Shown piece by piece: positions 41,428-55,729 of a stretch of DNA of 64,000 nucleotides. The translations under genes were made by a program, and so were the position numbers. Under the pieces are notes generated by a model, which made no database searches, was not told the DNA's origin, and saw nothing but the letters and a program-made list of their open reading frames with translations. Source of the stretch: Octopus vulgaris. Lineage: Eukaryota. Positions within the stretch are counted from its first letter, which is position 1; each line of letters opens with the position of its first letter. Location: the NCBI GenBank assembly GCA_951406725.2, contig OX597823.1, forward strand, positions 8,246,001 through 8,310,000, read 5' to 3'.

Positions 41428-41762
41428 GAGACCCCCTCCGGTCATGACTGACCGTGAGATTGCACCTAGAAAGTTACCCTCCCAGGCACAAGTCCGGGCA
41501 AGGTTGTTTATGGAAGACTAGCAGTCGCCCATGCATACCGGCCTCCCCTCTCCACGCCACCGATGTTATCCAAGGGAAGGGCAAAGGCTGATACAGCTTG
41601 GCACCTGTGACGTCGCAACTCATTTCTGCAGCTGAGTGAACTGGAGCAACGTGAAATAAAGTGTCTTGCTCAAGAACACAACACGCAGCCCGGTTCGGGA
41701 TTCGAACTCACAACCTCACGATCGTAAGCTCGACGCTCTAACCACTGAGTCATGCGCCTTCA
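41428..41762 (-). mobile_element. CORE-type tRNA SINE family D
   Basis: Minus strand: tRNA head, then tgtgttcttgagcaagacactttatttcacgttgctccagttcactcagctg (CORE-like); flanked by cactatat. Confidence 0.82.
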
Positions 41763-42272
41763 CTATATATACACTGAGCCATGCATCAGCACAATATATA
41801 CAGTCAAGAATAAGACAACTCATGACTTTCGAAAATAAAACTGATTGACTCGTTGTATAAATATAACGAATAGAATATTTTTCATCTTTGAATATGAAGT
41901 TAATTGGTTAAAAATTTTCCTCCATATGCTTTGAGTACATTTTCAATTTTTCTTAATGCCTCTAGCAAATCTACGCTTATAGCTGACTTATTATACAAAT
42001 GGAAAGTCTGTATGAACTTGTATGAATGCAACGACATGGAAATAGCGATTCTCTGATTGTTTTGGTTGGTAACAGCTGATTATTTGTGTGTTATGCCAGT
42101 AAGTTTTCGAGATATTTTCCTTTAATATAATAGTATGTAATACGTGTGTGTGTTTGCGTATAATCACGTGTGTGTGCGTGTGGATGAATGATGAGGTAAG
42201 AATTTTTCAATATGTCTAAAAGTACGGAAAGGAAGAAACACGGATATCTTAGTAATTACGAATTGCTGTGTA

Positions 42273-42640
42273 GGGCGGTGAGCAAGCAGAACCGTTAGCA
42301 CGCCGGGAGAAATGCTTCGCGGTATTTCGTCTGCCGTTACGTTCTGAGTTCAAATTCCGCCGAGGTCGACTTTGCCTTTTATACTTTCGGGATCGATTAA
42401 ATAAGTACCAGTTACGCACTGGGGTCGATATAATCGACTTAATACGTTCGTTTGTCCTTGTTTGTCCCTTCTGTGTTTATCCCCTTTTGGGCAATAAAGA
42501 AATAAGAAACTTTAGTACGCTGGGCAAAGTGTTTAGCGGCATTTCGCCCGTCTTAACCCTCTGAGTACAAATTCCGTCGAGGTCGACTCTTTCCTTCACT
42601 CCTTTTGGGGTCGATAAAATAAATACCAATGAAGCGCTCC
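42273..42640 (+). mobile_element. SINE family C monomer (42273-42510) followed by an older related copy (42511-42640)
   Basis: ggcggtgagc.agcagaaccgttagcacgccggg head; single body; tail gggcaataaagaaataagaaa. Confidence 0.85.
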
Positions 42641-42787
42641 ACCGAAATTGTTGACTTTTTGCGATGCTCACCTGATTCTAATAATCAACATCGCAATCCA
42701 TAGCAATCTGTCTATCCTTGAGTGAGTGAGAAAACCACTTCAGGCTTCGATTAAATACTTTGCTCTTTTTAGTTTCGTCCCTCTTAA

Positions 42788-43177
42788 TCTATATATATAA
42801 AGCTGAAGTTGTCTGTGTGTGGCAGGTTTGGTAGCCTTCAACTAACACTATCTCCTCCGAGATCCTGCGGCGCAAGTTGACCAAAATTGAGAGTATGATA
42901 GAAGAAGGCTTGCTCTTCCTTCCGTAGAAGAACAATTCAAATCGGATCATGTTAACACCAAAAATGATTTACATCAAAAAGGTGGGGTTTTTTTCTATGA
43001 AAATCCCTATTTTTTACGATTTTCTGACTCCTGTGTCGCCATTTTTCGGTGTATTTCAACCAGAAAAATGTTCACTTAAAGAGAATAACAAGCTACATAA
43101 TATAAAAGTTTTACTTTTCAAAAATTCCAATTCTAAAGGGTCGAAACAAACCCGAGCAACGCCGGGCAGGCATATAG
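42788..43177 (+). mobile_element. Non-autonomous Helitron, different subfamily
   Basis: A|TCtatatatataaag start and identical acaaacccgagcaacgccgggc hairpin, but unrelated interior and a degenerate ATAG|T end. Confidence 0.75.
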
Positions 43178-44827
43178 TGGGTCATATGTAATTTACAACA
43201 TTCTTAACTCCATGCTTCGAGCCTTGTGGTAATTTATTAATCTATTATTATCCCACGTGTGTTGATGGACATCGTAGGGAAAAAAAGTAAAGTTTCAGAT
43301 TGGTCGAGATCACAAACTGCTTTTTCATTTCTCAATTAATAAAATTCCACTTTTCTTTTGCTATTAATGTGCTTCAGAATGTGATAAATATCATATCCCC
43401 TGATCCTGTTTTATTTAAAAATAAACGGTCCTTCCACTTTGTCGAAATGGAAGCTATTTCATTTAAAGAATGAATTAGCTTCCATTTCAACATTTAAAGA
43501 ACCTATCATGTTGTCATGTATTATCTTATTTACCTGAGTTGTTGTCATTATTTTATCATAAATCACCAACAGGAGCAACGTGTGGGTGATCTCTGTTTAG
43601 AAATGTATATTGTCCATAATGCCCTTTCTTTTTTCGAGACGGTAGGGCGTGACCTGATGTATGCCTGGACTTTCTTTTGAATCACAATAGATCAAATTTT
43701 GAAATGTTTATTCCTATAACAAGCTTAAGCATGATCACCGATTATTAATCAGATCAGGTATCAAAGTATATAACTGGAACACCTACCGATTTTACTCACT
43801 CGCAAATACGCACTCTCCATACATTGAAATCCAAAAACAGTCATCTTTAATAATACACATATCTATACAGTCATACATTGAACATTAGTTGACTGATTGT
43901 TGTTTTAATTTACTTTTTGACGTACGCATGCGTGGAAAATGTTGCCATCTCACTAAATGTTACTGAGACAATAAATCATACACGCCAGATTCCATTCCCT
44001 CTGTGTGTCACTTTACACAACAAGGTTTCAACTTCGTTTTCGTCGATGTATCTACGTAACAAGACCAAAAACTGTGTCAGTGTAACGGCAAGCTACAAAG
44101 AACTCTTTTTCTCTCTCTTTCCCTTACACACACACACACACAGACACACATACGCAGAACAGACAGACACACACATACACACGGCATTACAGAAGTGGGT
44201 TACTGCGAGAGCAAGCCCACAAACGATACCCCATGCATCGATAGAGAACGATATTTTATTTATCACCTGTTATAAGCTGATATATTTTCATTAATTAAAT
44301 CTGAAGGAAGCAGCGTTACTAAGGAAACTATAAACGCATTAGTTGTGTTGATCTTAGCCGCGAGGTTGAAATAGGCACGTCCACACGCGCGCGCGCATGT
44401 ATTCACGCACTCTAGGTTACTATGACGTTTAATGCATTGGAGCAATTTAAGTATTACTGTATATGTGTTCGAACAAGAGCGAGCTGGCAGAGGGTTGGAC
44501 AAAAAGTCTTGCGATGTTTATGGATGTCACTTTATGAGCCGAGTTCAGATTGTACCGGGAGTATCTTTGCCTTCCATCCTTCTGAGTTCGATAAAATAAA
44601 TATGAATCAAGTGCTGTGGTAGATATAATTGATTGATCCCTCATTTCAAATGTTTGATAATGTGCATATGCTAGAAAGTGATACTTGCGAAAGCCGCTGC
44701 AGAGGTATTGAAGTCGCATCCCATTCCGCGGTTCTTGGTTGACACCCTTTTGCTTCCTTTATGTCACGAAAGCCCTTAAGAATAACATATAATATGTAGG
44801 GTTTCCCTTCCATCCCATATTTTTTAA

Positions 44828-45232
44828 TACTCTTTTACTTGTTTCAGTCATTTGACTTTGGCCATGCTGAAGCACCGGCTTTAGTCGAGCATATCGACCA
44901 CAGAACTTATTCTTTGTAAGCCTAGAACTTATTTTATCGATCTCTTTTGCCGAACCGCTAAGTTACGGGGACGTAAACACACCAGCATCAGTTGTCAAGC
45001 GATGTTGGCGGGACAAACACAGACACACAAACATATATATATACACACACGTACATATATACATATATACGACAGGCTTCTTTCAGTTTCCGCCTACTAA
45101 ATCCACTCACAAGACTTTGGTCGGCCCGAGGCTATAGTAGAAGACACTTTCCCAAGGTGCCACGCAGTGGGACCGAACCCGGAACCATGTGGTTGGTAAG
45201 CAAGCTACTTACCACACATCCACACTTACGCC
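44828..45232 (-). mobile_element. SINE family A, full length
   Basis: Same structure as other family A copies. Confidence 0.9.
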
Positions 45233-46979
45233 TATATTGTTCAATATTTTATGCGATTTCTAATGTACAGTTACAATTAAGGAGTAAAAGTGATAAGTAA
45301 ACGATAAAGACATCTCAGTTATATTACTGTAACTTGTTTTATAGACCAACAAATGTTGTGAGCCCGGATTTCAAAATTTTCATTTGGATAACTTTTTATA
45401 AATCAAAGTATCTATCAATGATTAATTATTCCTGGCCGCGTCAAAGAAATAAACATGTGTGAATTCGTTTGGACTTGTCAAAACCAGGAATCGGAATAAG
45501 CTAGATTCCGCTTCAGGCTTCATCGTTGGCTTTTACCTTGAATTGTATGGGAATAATCAGTGTTTACTTGATTATTCCCAGTACATTTCATACATAGACT
45601 TATAAAATCGAACTGTCTGTTGTGTCAAAATTTTCATCATTTCGTAATAGGAAAGGTTGAGTGTTCCATCCAGAATCGATTACAGACATTATTTTGAGTA
45701 CTCCTAGAATGTATTTTAACAATTTCCTATTGGATCGATAGAATTACTTCTCACAAAACTATTCATATATATTATTTTCTATCTAATTTGTCACAAACAT
45801 CTTATTAAGTTAGTTTGTTCTGAGTGGTACACTACTGTACACTTAACACTTTGCAATCGGCGTCATTCCGTTTCTTTCCTAGTGAGACAAGAAATCATTT
45901 ACATCACTTCACTTTCTTCTCCTTCATAAGAATGACAGCTAATCAAATTTTTACAATTATGATGTTTGTTGGTGCTTTCACTGATAAAGCCTGTATTTTC
46001 TATTATTGCCAAGTCCATGACAGAATAAATTAGAACAGAAATACACATTTGGTTCCTGTGAGTATAATTTAGATTGCAGGTGTTTTTACAGGTACATGAA
46101 TTTCGATCAGTTTCATTTGTATTATTAGCATTGAGAAACCATATGAATATAATAAGAGGAGATTAGCACAACAGATTTTAAAAATAACGAAATAATTCAT
46201 TCCAATAATCTTAAAACTTCATAACACTATACGTTAGAGATGAAATATAAAATTCAGGTATGGACTGAAAATATGTCGTATGTCACTGTGGGATTTTTAT
46301 TTTCCTTTATAGACTGTGGAGACTACAAGTAAAATAGAATCAAGAAAAATAGCACTTGCTGGAAAATTAATGACTAGATCTGTATCTGAATTCATTTTAA
46401 AATGGCTGTCACCCAAGGAAAAGAGTAAAGTGTTTGCTAGAATACTCGATGTATGAATCCAAGAAATTTTAATGAATTAAACATATATCAGTTAAAAAAT
46501 GAATACTTAAATCACTACTTTTGAGCAAAAAAGCAGGGGAAATTTACGTGTCTGGATTTTGGAAAATGATATTTTTCTATTCATTCAAATACTTTGTTTT
46601 GTGTTAGCACCCTACAAGGGCTATCAGCTTGAATCACTAAACTCCATTCCACCTCCTTCCATCCATCCCTTCTCTCTCACCTTTACCCCACTTCCCCTCT
46701 CTCGCCCGTCACTTGCAACCTTGCTTGATCTGGTAGAAGAATTGATTTCTTTTTTATTCTTGATAATTTCGTGAAAAACTTCATCAATGATGCTAAACTG
46801 TAGATCAAAGACGTTGGCACAAGTATGACTGCAGTTATTGAAGACCCGGTGTTATGGATTTTCTTCTAGTGTTCTCTCTTTTTCACCTTGTTGTTTTGTC
46901 CATATAAACTCTTTAACTTTTATAATTTCTTTATATTTTTCCGTCGATGCTCTTGGTCAGTCGCTGTTTTCTCCCATGT

Positions 46980-47760
46980 AAACTTAATCTAGCTAAACGC
47001 TTCATTGAAACACTGTTTAGCAGTGTTTCGTATGTCTTATTCAGAAGCTTTTACATATCCGTTCACTGCAGAGCACAGCCTTAAGAATCTCATTGCCCTC
47101 AATGTTCCACTCAGCGCAAATGGAATTCCATCAAGATAGACACAACGGGTATCTATGCTCGCTGCAGGACCTTTCAGTTGCCATGTGGTTTCAGTTGGCG
47201 ATGTGGTTTCACCAAGAAGTGCATGTAATAGATCGTAGTTGGTCCAGACTTATCGACCATACCATGCGTAGGTCTTGGCAGAATACAATAGACAGAACAC
47301 TGTTCGGTGTATTTGATTTTTGTTCTACCTTTATGTCACATTTCCCGAAAGCGACTGCACTTCGATGAACCAGATTTACATAATTGTGTTAGCGGAAGCC
47401 AACAGAGGTAGCAGTTGTTTTGTAGATTGTCTCATAAAAATGCACCCAATGAGCATCGATTGGTAGAGTGTCCGGTAACATTTTTAATCTGCTAATCTAC
47501 TGGTAATTATTTACTGTTAGCTGTACTTCAGGATCTTTTACTTTGCTAAAATTCAGTATTTTTGGCACAGTTCTTCCAAAATTTTCCCTTCAGTCTCACA
47601 GACAAATTGCATATGGCACATATTATTACGTGAGCAGTGAGACAGCTGTACTTTACTGATTAAGTGGCTTGTGCAGAACTTATACCCGCAAAAGTTGTTC
47701 ATGCGGGAAAACACGTTGTCCAAAACATGTATCGCTTTGACCACAAATGATGCCAGCTGA
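46980..47760 (-). pseudogene. Degraded Ty3/Gypsy pol relic (RNase H end plus integrase)
   Basis: VKAIHVLDNVFSR resembles VKGxxNVVADALSR; LSH...FV and PTHGMVDK resemble LSHPG...FVW and PQxNGMVER, in the expected order. Confidence 0.4.
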
Positions 47761-50639
47761 AAAACTGCTTTTCAGGAAGACGGAAAAACTTTTTGATGGT
47801 TACTTTGTATTTAGTTTATATTTCCGAAGTAACCTAAAGCATGGTTCTTTGGTATTCCCGCTTTACTAGTACTTTAATATAACCGAGAGTAAAAAGCTTA
47901 TCGGTTATTGGTACGGTATCCAGGGGTCTACGAAGTGAATGATAGGAAGTCCTACTTCTTATTATCTTTGCCTGTCATCGTAGAATTAACATTAAAAACA
48001 TGCATTATTTCCAGTCAGCGCTAATCGCACCTTCATTAGCTTAATGATTATAACATCAGGAAGGGGCATCAGTTTGCTGTCGCGAACACTTTTCCAGCTT
48101 CTCAAGTCAGCTAATCTCATCATTTATCTGTTACCACTGGACTCTGTATTCTCATGCACTGGACTCGTCCTATTTTAAGTGTCCATCTCGTCGCGAGAAG
48201 ACACAGACGCCTTCTCTACTCTCGCGTCCTTGACTCAGCAGAATACCCAATATATAACAACTGGAAGGGGAGAGAACTACATCTATCAGCAAGGTTACTT
48301 TGAAAGCGAGTTAAGGTGGTGAGATGCCAAAATCGTTACCACGCCAGACAAAATTCTTAGCGGCATTTATTCCGGTTTTATGTTTTGAGTTCAAATTCCG
48401 CAGAGTCCGACTTTCTCTTTCATCCTCTAGGGATCAATAAAATAAGAACCAAAACTGGAGTCGATGCAATTGACTTGCTTCTCTATCCACTAAAACTGCT
48501 CGCTTTGTGTCAACAAAATTTGAATCGATTATTGGCTTTGTGTCTATAGTAGAAAGGCTGATTTGAAGGTGAGTTTTATCTGTCTTGTAAGTCATATATA
48601 TAGGTTTGTCCTGATCAAATGATGCTAAATTTTCGGTGACTGCATTCTGATGGATACTGTTGCAGTTGGTCAAGGGCTGTTTATTAGTTGTAAGCTTACT
48701 GAGGAATTACAACCGTGTTTCTTGGTCTGCTACCACAACAGCTCAGGAGGAACCACGTCCGGTTTCGGCCCCTACTCCTCTACCGTTTTGACGTGGCGGA
48801 CTCCCCCCTTTCGGAGGTGTCTTCAGATCTGGTGTTGTGTGTATGTCTTCTTTCTTCTTCTTTCTTCTGTTCCCTGGCCTCTTCGATGTAGCGTCAACGA
48901 GTGTCAGCGGGCGACTGACTGACTTGTCAATTTTTTTCCCTACACACCAGCCGTTTCACTATCCACCAATGTGTGCACCAAGTAGCAGTACTGCTTCACA
49001 AAAGGGAGACACTGGCATAAAACATTTAATAAACGCATAGTCCTTTTGAAAAACATCACATTAAGCGGTCACATTACTGCTTAATCACAAATCATGTTAA
49101 CACCAACGTGATAAAAGCATTATCTCTCCTACTTAATTGCATAAGCAAAGACAGATACACACAAAAACGTCAATAGCTTCGCTGCCACCCCTCCATACTG
49201 AACTGGGATGCGTATTACAATCAATAAAAACTGAAGAGTGGCAATTTTGCTCAAATTTTCATCGCTGACCGTGATTTACGGGTGTAAAGAAATAGAGCTG
49301 AGACTGGAGAGACTATAATATAGTTCTGTTTCCCATTCATCAGTATTTGCTGGAGTGTGCAGTGTTGTTCTTAGCTCGATGGAGTCTGGAAAGATGGCTT
49401 TGTGGGTCGTGCCTCGTTATGCGAGAGACTATATAGACGGCAAAGGATTGGTCGATTAGGGATGACATGGGATTATACAGGTATAATGTATTTTATCTAC
49501 TCAGGATCTAATTCCAACAAATAATGCAATAAATGTCATAGAACAGAACATTTCGCCATTTCTAACCCCTTCTACGTAAAGAATGTATAACCTTAGAACT
49601 AAATATGAAATGTGAACATCCTTTGGCATTGGGTAGTGAAACTGAGGATTTGCTAAGTTCATGACTTTCTCAGGAAATGAAATAATAATAATCTGCCGAG
49701 TGGTGGGGACTACGATTAAAGAAATATAATTATGAATGGAAACATCTTCCTATTTTTATTCAAATTCAAATTGAATAAAAGCCTATAAAAGAACAAAAAA
49801 TATGAGCATCAAGTCAAAAAATTTAGAAGGGAAAAGACGAAGACAAGACACGTGATGCGACTATAGATAAGAGAAATCAAATTATTTGTGTAAGTAGAAC
49901 TGTGGCACCGTGGTACTGGTGTGTGAAGAAAGTGTTAGAATAATCAGCAAGAATGTTAATATTATCCTCCAGTAAAGAAACAAGCAGCTGGAATGGTCTT
50001 TTACTGACATAGTGAACTACAACAGGAAACGCGGAGAGCGAGATAGGAGAGAGAAAGAGAGAGAGGGAGAGAATGAGGGAGAGAAGAGGAGAGAGTGAGG
50101 GAGAGAGAGTGAGAGAAAACTTGAAAAGTGTGTAATAGAGAAGAGTAAGAGAGAAAGAAAGTGGAAGAGTGGAAGAAGATGGAAAAGAAATTGGAGACTG
50201 TGAAAGAAAAATTAATAAACAAACCGTATGGATGAAGGAAGAACAGAATCGAGTGAAAGATAAGAAGAACAAAGTGAAGTGTAAAGGAATAAATCATGAG
50301 ATAATGATAAAGGTGACGACGATGATGACGATGATGATGATGAGGATGCTGATGATGTTGGTGGTGATGATGATGATGATGATGATGATGATGAGGATGC
50401 TGATGATGTTGGTGATGATGATGATGATGATTGTCATCATCATTATGAAGGATAACAAAGTCAAGTCGAAGGAAAGAAAGAAGGTTGAGGGAGAAAATAA
50501 TGGCAGAGTGTTTTAATATTATATTGACAAGGATAGAGAGAAATTTGGTCCCATTGACTAGCACATGGTTGATATTTTGCTGCTGCTGTTGTTGTTGTTG
50601 TTGTTGTTGTTGTTAAGCAACAAGACGGGTAAGGGTGAT

Positions 50640-51440
50640 TAGGTGATGGCCCAGGGCTTAGGGGCGGGAGACTCCAGACCTCGGAAAAAAAAACGTTGGT
50701 CGTCTTGTTGTAGTCGAGGGCTCTTCGTTGACACCTGACACCACTGGGAGGTGGCCCTCGAAGTCGCTGGAAATGGAGATGTCCAGGTCCAAATTCTTGA
50801 ATGGCTGATATTTTGCTTGGTCGGACCTGTGGATTTAACAATTAAGTAGGAAAAGTGCTATACATGCCGTAGTTTATCATAAGCGATACACAATTTAACG
50901 TTTCGTAAGAGATCCCTCCAACCCTACTGGGGTACCGTGAAAACGAGTGAATACTCCCATGCTCATAATCGAGGTTCGGAGGCTGGGGCTCAGATACGAC
51001 CACCCATTCGTTGTGTCTTTCAGCTCTCTTGGAAATAAATAGGCTCGATGGCCTTCGCATTCTTTTCCAATTTACTGCCAGGGATGACTTTTAGCATTCG
51101 TCTCTTCGCAAGCACCAGCAGCAGAGAAGAGTTGTGCCCAGATTTGTCTGTTTCCTAATGTAGTTGGTTTCCCAGGATGCCAAGTCCACCCTCTCAGTTA
51201 AACCGCCGATGTAGTTGTGGTCGGATACTAAGTCAGAATTTCAAAGTTACCACAGAATTGTTTTATAATCGTTGACCCTATACTGGGTTCACCTGTCTAT
51301 TTGACAGATACATCTTTGAGTGGTGTCCTGGTAGGTTCTAGAAATCCTCCTTCACCAGACCAACATCGATTTAGTCTTCGATGACCCAGCTATTTATCCG
51401 ATTGCACCGGGTTACATATTATCAGTAACACTCGTGACTG
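50640..51440 (-). pseudogene. Old ORF1/gag-like relic of the 1807-2730 type
   Basis: YVTRCNRINSWVI, GEGGFLEP..VSVK*TGEP and LCCWC...MLKVIP occur collinear with YIQRRAKYATIW, GEEILFLP..LWVCGLP and CHLC...HIKKNCP. Confidence 0.35.
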
Positions 51441-51483
51441 TTCTGGTATAACCTGTGAATATAGATAAAAGCTGTATATAATA

Positions 51484-51882
51484 CTAGCAGTATCGCCCGG
51501 CGTTGCTCGGGTTTGTAAGGGAAATAACTATATAAGCATTTTTAGAGATGTAAAGTATAATAGCCATCTCAAGATGGCTAACCACAACGGGGGGGGGGTG
51601 TTACTGTAGCTTTTTACGTTCTGAGATTTAATAATAAATTTTTAGAGAGTTACTTCCCTTATATATGCCAAAAATGCTTTAAAAATGGGAAAAATTGATG
51701 GTAAATTTTTTTAAAAATCGCAGACTCATCGTAGACGTGCGCTAATACCCAGAAGGGCTCGATATGAATCACGACTATAAGATACCCGGTTTTGGTTAAA
51801 CTGCACCGCAAAATGTGGGAGTAGTTGAGAATCTAAATCGTAGGAGACAGACAGCACACAACCTCACTTTTATATATAAAGA
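51484..51882 (-). mobile_element. Non-autonomous Helitron
   Basis: Near-identical to 39828-40225. Confidence 0.9.
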
Positions 51883-52239
51883 TAACCCGTGAAAAGAAGG
51901 GGGAGAATAAAAGCTGCGGTAAAGAAGGGAATTAAGTGTAAGACTGAATTAAAGACAAAAGAAAGAGAGAAACTAAAGGATAAGGGAAAAGACAAACAAA
52001 ATAAACAAAACTAAAAACCAAAAAAAATAACCCAAAACAAAACAAAAGCAAAAAGATAAACGTAAGGCATTATTTCTAAAATATGTTATAATGGTTTACA
52101 TGTGAAGATAAAAAAACTTGAAAGTGGCACAAATTTTTTTCTGTTGTACTGCTGAACTCGGAAATACGTTTGCACTCAGACTTGTAGCTGATGAAATTAA
52201 AATAAATTGAAAACATTCCAGTTAATGACTATTCTCTTT

Positions 52240-52441
52240 CATCATCACCATCATCATCATCATCGTCGTCGTCGTCGTCGTCGTCGTCGTCATCATCATC
52301 ATCATCATCATCATCGTCGTCGTCGTCGTCATCATCATCATCGTCGTCGTCGTCGTCATCGTCGTCATCATCATCATCATCATCATCATCATCGTCGTCG
52401 TCGTCATCATCATCATCATCGTCGCCGTCGTCGTCGTCATT

Positions 52442-52474
<33 letters not shown>

Positions 52475-52499
52475 GTCATCGTCGTCGTCGTCGTCATCG

Positions 52500-52543
<44 letters not shown>

Positions 52544-52611
52544 GTCATCGTCATCGTCGTCGTCGTCGTCGTCGCTGTCGTCGTCATCATCATCATCATC
52601 ATCATCAAGAC

Positions 52612-52644
<33 letters not shown>

Positions 52645-53029
52645 CTGCTGCTGCAGCTGTTGCTGTATTAGCATCAGGATAATTATCTCAGTTCTTTAAA
52701 CCGTCATCCCCCCCCCATCATGTTTACCATAGTTATGCATTTTAATTACCATCGCCATCACCATCACCATCACCAGCAGAAGTAGTACTAACAACAGCGG
52801 CAGCAGCAGCAGCGGCAGCAGTAGCAGCAACAGCAAAGGGGCCACATACTTCTTTAATCCTCGGCAACCCTCATCCTACTTACTATGTTTATTCTCTATA
52901 ATTACTGTCGATTACGTCACCACCACCACCACCACTACCACCACTACCATCACTACTACTACTACTACCACTACTACTACCACCACCATTACTACTACTA
53001 CTACCACCACCATCACCACCACCACCACC

Positions 53030-53069
<40 letters not shown>

Positions 53070-53359
53070 TTACTACTACCACTACCACTACCACCACCAC
53101 CACCACCACCACCACTACTATTACTACTACTACTACCACCACCACCACCACCACCATCACCACCACCACCACTACTACTACAACTACTACTACTACTACA
53201 ACAACTACTACTACTACAACAACAACAACAACAACAACAACTACTACTACTACTACTACTACTACAACTACTACAACAACTACTACTACTACTACAACAA
53301 CAACAACAACAACTACTACTACTACTACTACTACTACAACTACTACTACTACTACTACC

Positions 53360-53391
<32 letters not shown>
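52240..53391. repeat. Compound trinucleotide arrays: (CAT/CGT)n 52240-52641 and (CAC/TAC/AAC/CAT)n 52918-53391
   Basis: Phase-preserving mosaic runs. Confidence 0.95.
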
Positions 53392-54559
53392 TAATATTCT
53401 CCTTATCCTCTTCATTCCCATCAGTAACGGTAGCAGCAGTAGCAGCAGCAGCAGCAAGATTGCACATCGCCATCCATACAGCGAGTGAACCTGAGACGTG
53501 TATTCTAAGCCTTCGTATATTCTAAGCGCTTCGATACCAAACTGGGGCTAATTGAAACTCTAGTAGACTTGTCTTAGGGACGGTTCCACTTCACCAATCA
53601 CGGCTTGTTTAAAGCTTTTCAATCTAGGACAGTCATAGATATCAAACAGTCTATTGTATGCGAAACCTTCATTAAACATGGCTAATTATTCGGATTAAAG
53701 GATTAATGTATTGACAACATTATTACTTAAATGAAAACCACAACAACAGCCCCCAAAACATCAACTGTGACAAAAACTACGACAAATATACGAGAAAAAA
53801 AACCCAGTGAAAAACCAAATCAAGAACAAAAGAAACAAGTATAAAAAAGCAAAACAAAAAAGCCAAAACAAAAAAGAAACCATCACAAATTTGAGTTTTC
53901 CATCATTGAATTCATAACTAACAAGGATAACGCCTCCTGTAGATGGTTTTTAAAAAATCGGGATCAATATATTACATAATAGGCTAGTATCAAAGCGACT
54001 TGGTCCATTAATGCAGTATTGAAACATGCATAAATTACTCATGTAGATTACAGTCTCCATTTATCTAACCACTCTATATCCATTCATTTGCATTACAGGA
54101 TGTAACTGAGTTTTTTTTTTCGTTTTTTTTTTCGTCTTTACTTCCTCAGTTATTATTTAGAAGGAAAAAAATGCGGCTTAAAATATGAATGGTAAAATGG
54201 TTAAAACTTCTAGAAACTAAATGGTAAATTGGTTTTACTTCATAGAAATTAATATCAAAAACATTTTTTTTTCTCGATAATCAACATAAAAGCATGTTTC
54301 GTATTTCACCGCCACTCAATTGGTCTAATATATTAGTTTCCCATACGAGTCTCTGTCTGCTAACTGCGATAAATTAAATATATGAATAAATAAATAAATC
54401 AGGTATCTATTTTGTTCCCTTTTGGATGACGCTGGGAAAGTTAAACTAATTTTCTCGTCTACGATACGATGTATCGCACGAGGTAGCGGTAGTTATATCA
54501 GGAATCGAATACGTCTTGATGATCCGTACAACACAATCAGCAAGAAGCCAACCTTGCAA

Positions 54560-55700
54560 ATTGGATCCTTGTAAAAAGCTTGTAAAATTCTGTTTAGCCC
54601 GTTTTAGACCAGTTTTCAGGGAAGGGAATATATGTCAGTTATCAGACAAAATGTATAATCAGACTAAATGGAGTCCCACAGTCAGCCTAACGCATGGCTT
54701 GAGTACGTTTTAGTTCTTGAGTTATAGTCGTGTGTGCTAGGGGTATTGAGAGATGTTTGAATTTGAACACGGACAACTGCTCCCCATAGTATCAGACAGC
54801 AAGGAAATCGAGGTGCTCGGTATCGTACTGAAGAAAAACGCCATAGTAACAAGGTAAATCGTGGGCTTGAAGCTTGTCATCTGGGGACGAAAAATCAATC
54901 TTAGTCTGTGTTTTTGATAACAGATTGAAGATTCTGTTAAAAAACTAGGTGTTTAATCCGGACGAGGTTCCACGTGAATAGGAAATGGGAGAACATTACG
55001 AACAGAGTAATGGGTCTCACCCAAATATATGCTTAATGGAAGCTATCCATAAATGATTGGGTAGTGGTAGTGAACTCATACATCGTTTCTGGTATTTATA
55101 ATCATTTGCCAGTCGCGTCATTCTCCAGTTTTCATTCGACTAGGACAGAGTGTCAGCTCTTTCGCATTTTGAGGAAGGGTCGCGCTACAAAGTACATCTG
55201 CTGTCAAATCTTGTGAGGAGATCTTGGTATACCATGGCTAATGACGTGCAGGTATGTATAAAAGTTACAACTTCAGAAACTTACGGACGTTGAATATGTG
55301 TTGTCGCTGTTTGAGACACGTTTTTCCTGCGGTTTGTCTTTTTGATGGAGCTACATTCCATGGGCAAGCGAAAATCAAGATATTGGGCGCGGTATGTCTA
55401 GAATGTTGTTGACAGTTTTATATCTGCCAAGCAACGCAGACTAGTCGCTCATCAATCTTTACATTCTATATAAGTTTAATGGTGAGTAAGAGCAAATCCC
55501 ATTACAGAGAATCTTCAGTCTTCGAGCTATGATCACCATCTATAGATTGTCAGTGATACATTGCTGGTTCGGAACAAACTCTCAAGGAACTGTAGAATGC
55601 ACATAGGACGACCAACTATCTTCTCTGGCCGCCTGATATTCTTAAATAATTCAGTACTTTATTGCTCTATCTTAGGCCTTTCATCAAATCAAGCAAGCGA
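54560..55700 (+). pseudogene. Tx1-clade LINE ORF2 (RT and C-terminal region) relic
   Basis: Collinear fragments RFRPVFRE, IIRLNG, YVLVLE, IVSDSKEIEVLGIVLKK, VGLKLVIW, VKKLGV, KWENITNRV...KLSI...VNSYIVSGIYNHL, ICCQ...GDLGIPWLM, with stops and frameshifts. Confidence 0.72.
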
Positions 55701-55729
55701 TGGTTATCACTTCGAATTTCCTTGAGTTT

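Noticed and set aside
41511-41521. miR-7-like tggaagactag (and miR-279-like tgactagatc at 46371)
   Set aside because: Only 10-11-nt matches with no precursor hairpin; the first lies inside a SINE.
52207-53473. Poly-His/Arg, poly-Tyr and Gly/Ser ORFs resembling structural proteins
   Set aside because: Open in several frames on both strands, single-codon usage, no splice or signal-peptide context.
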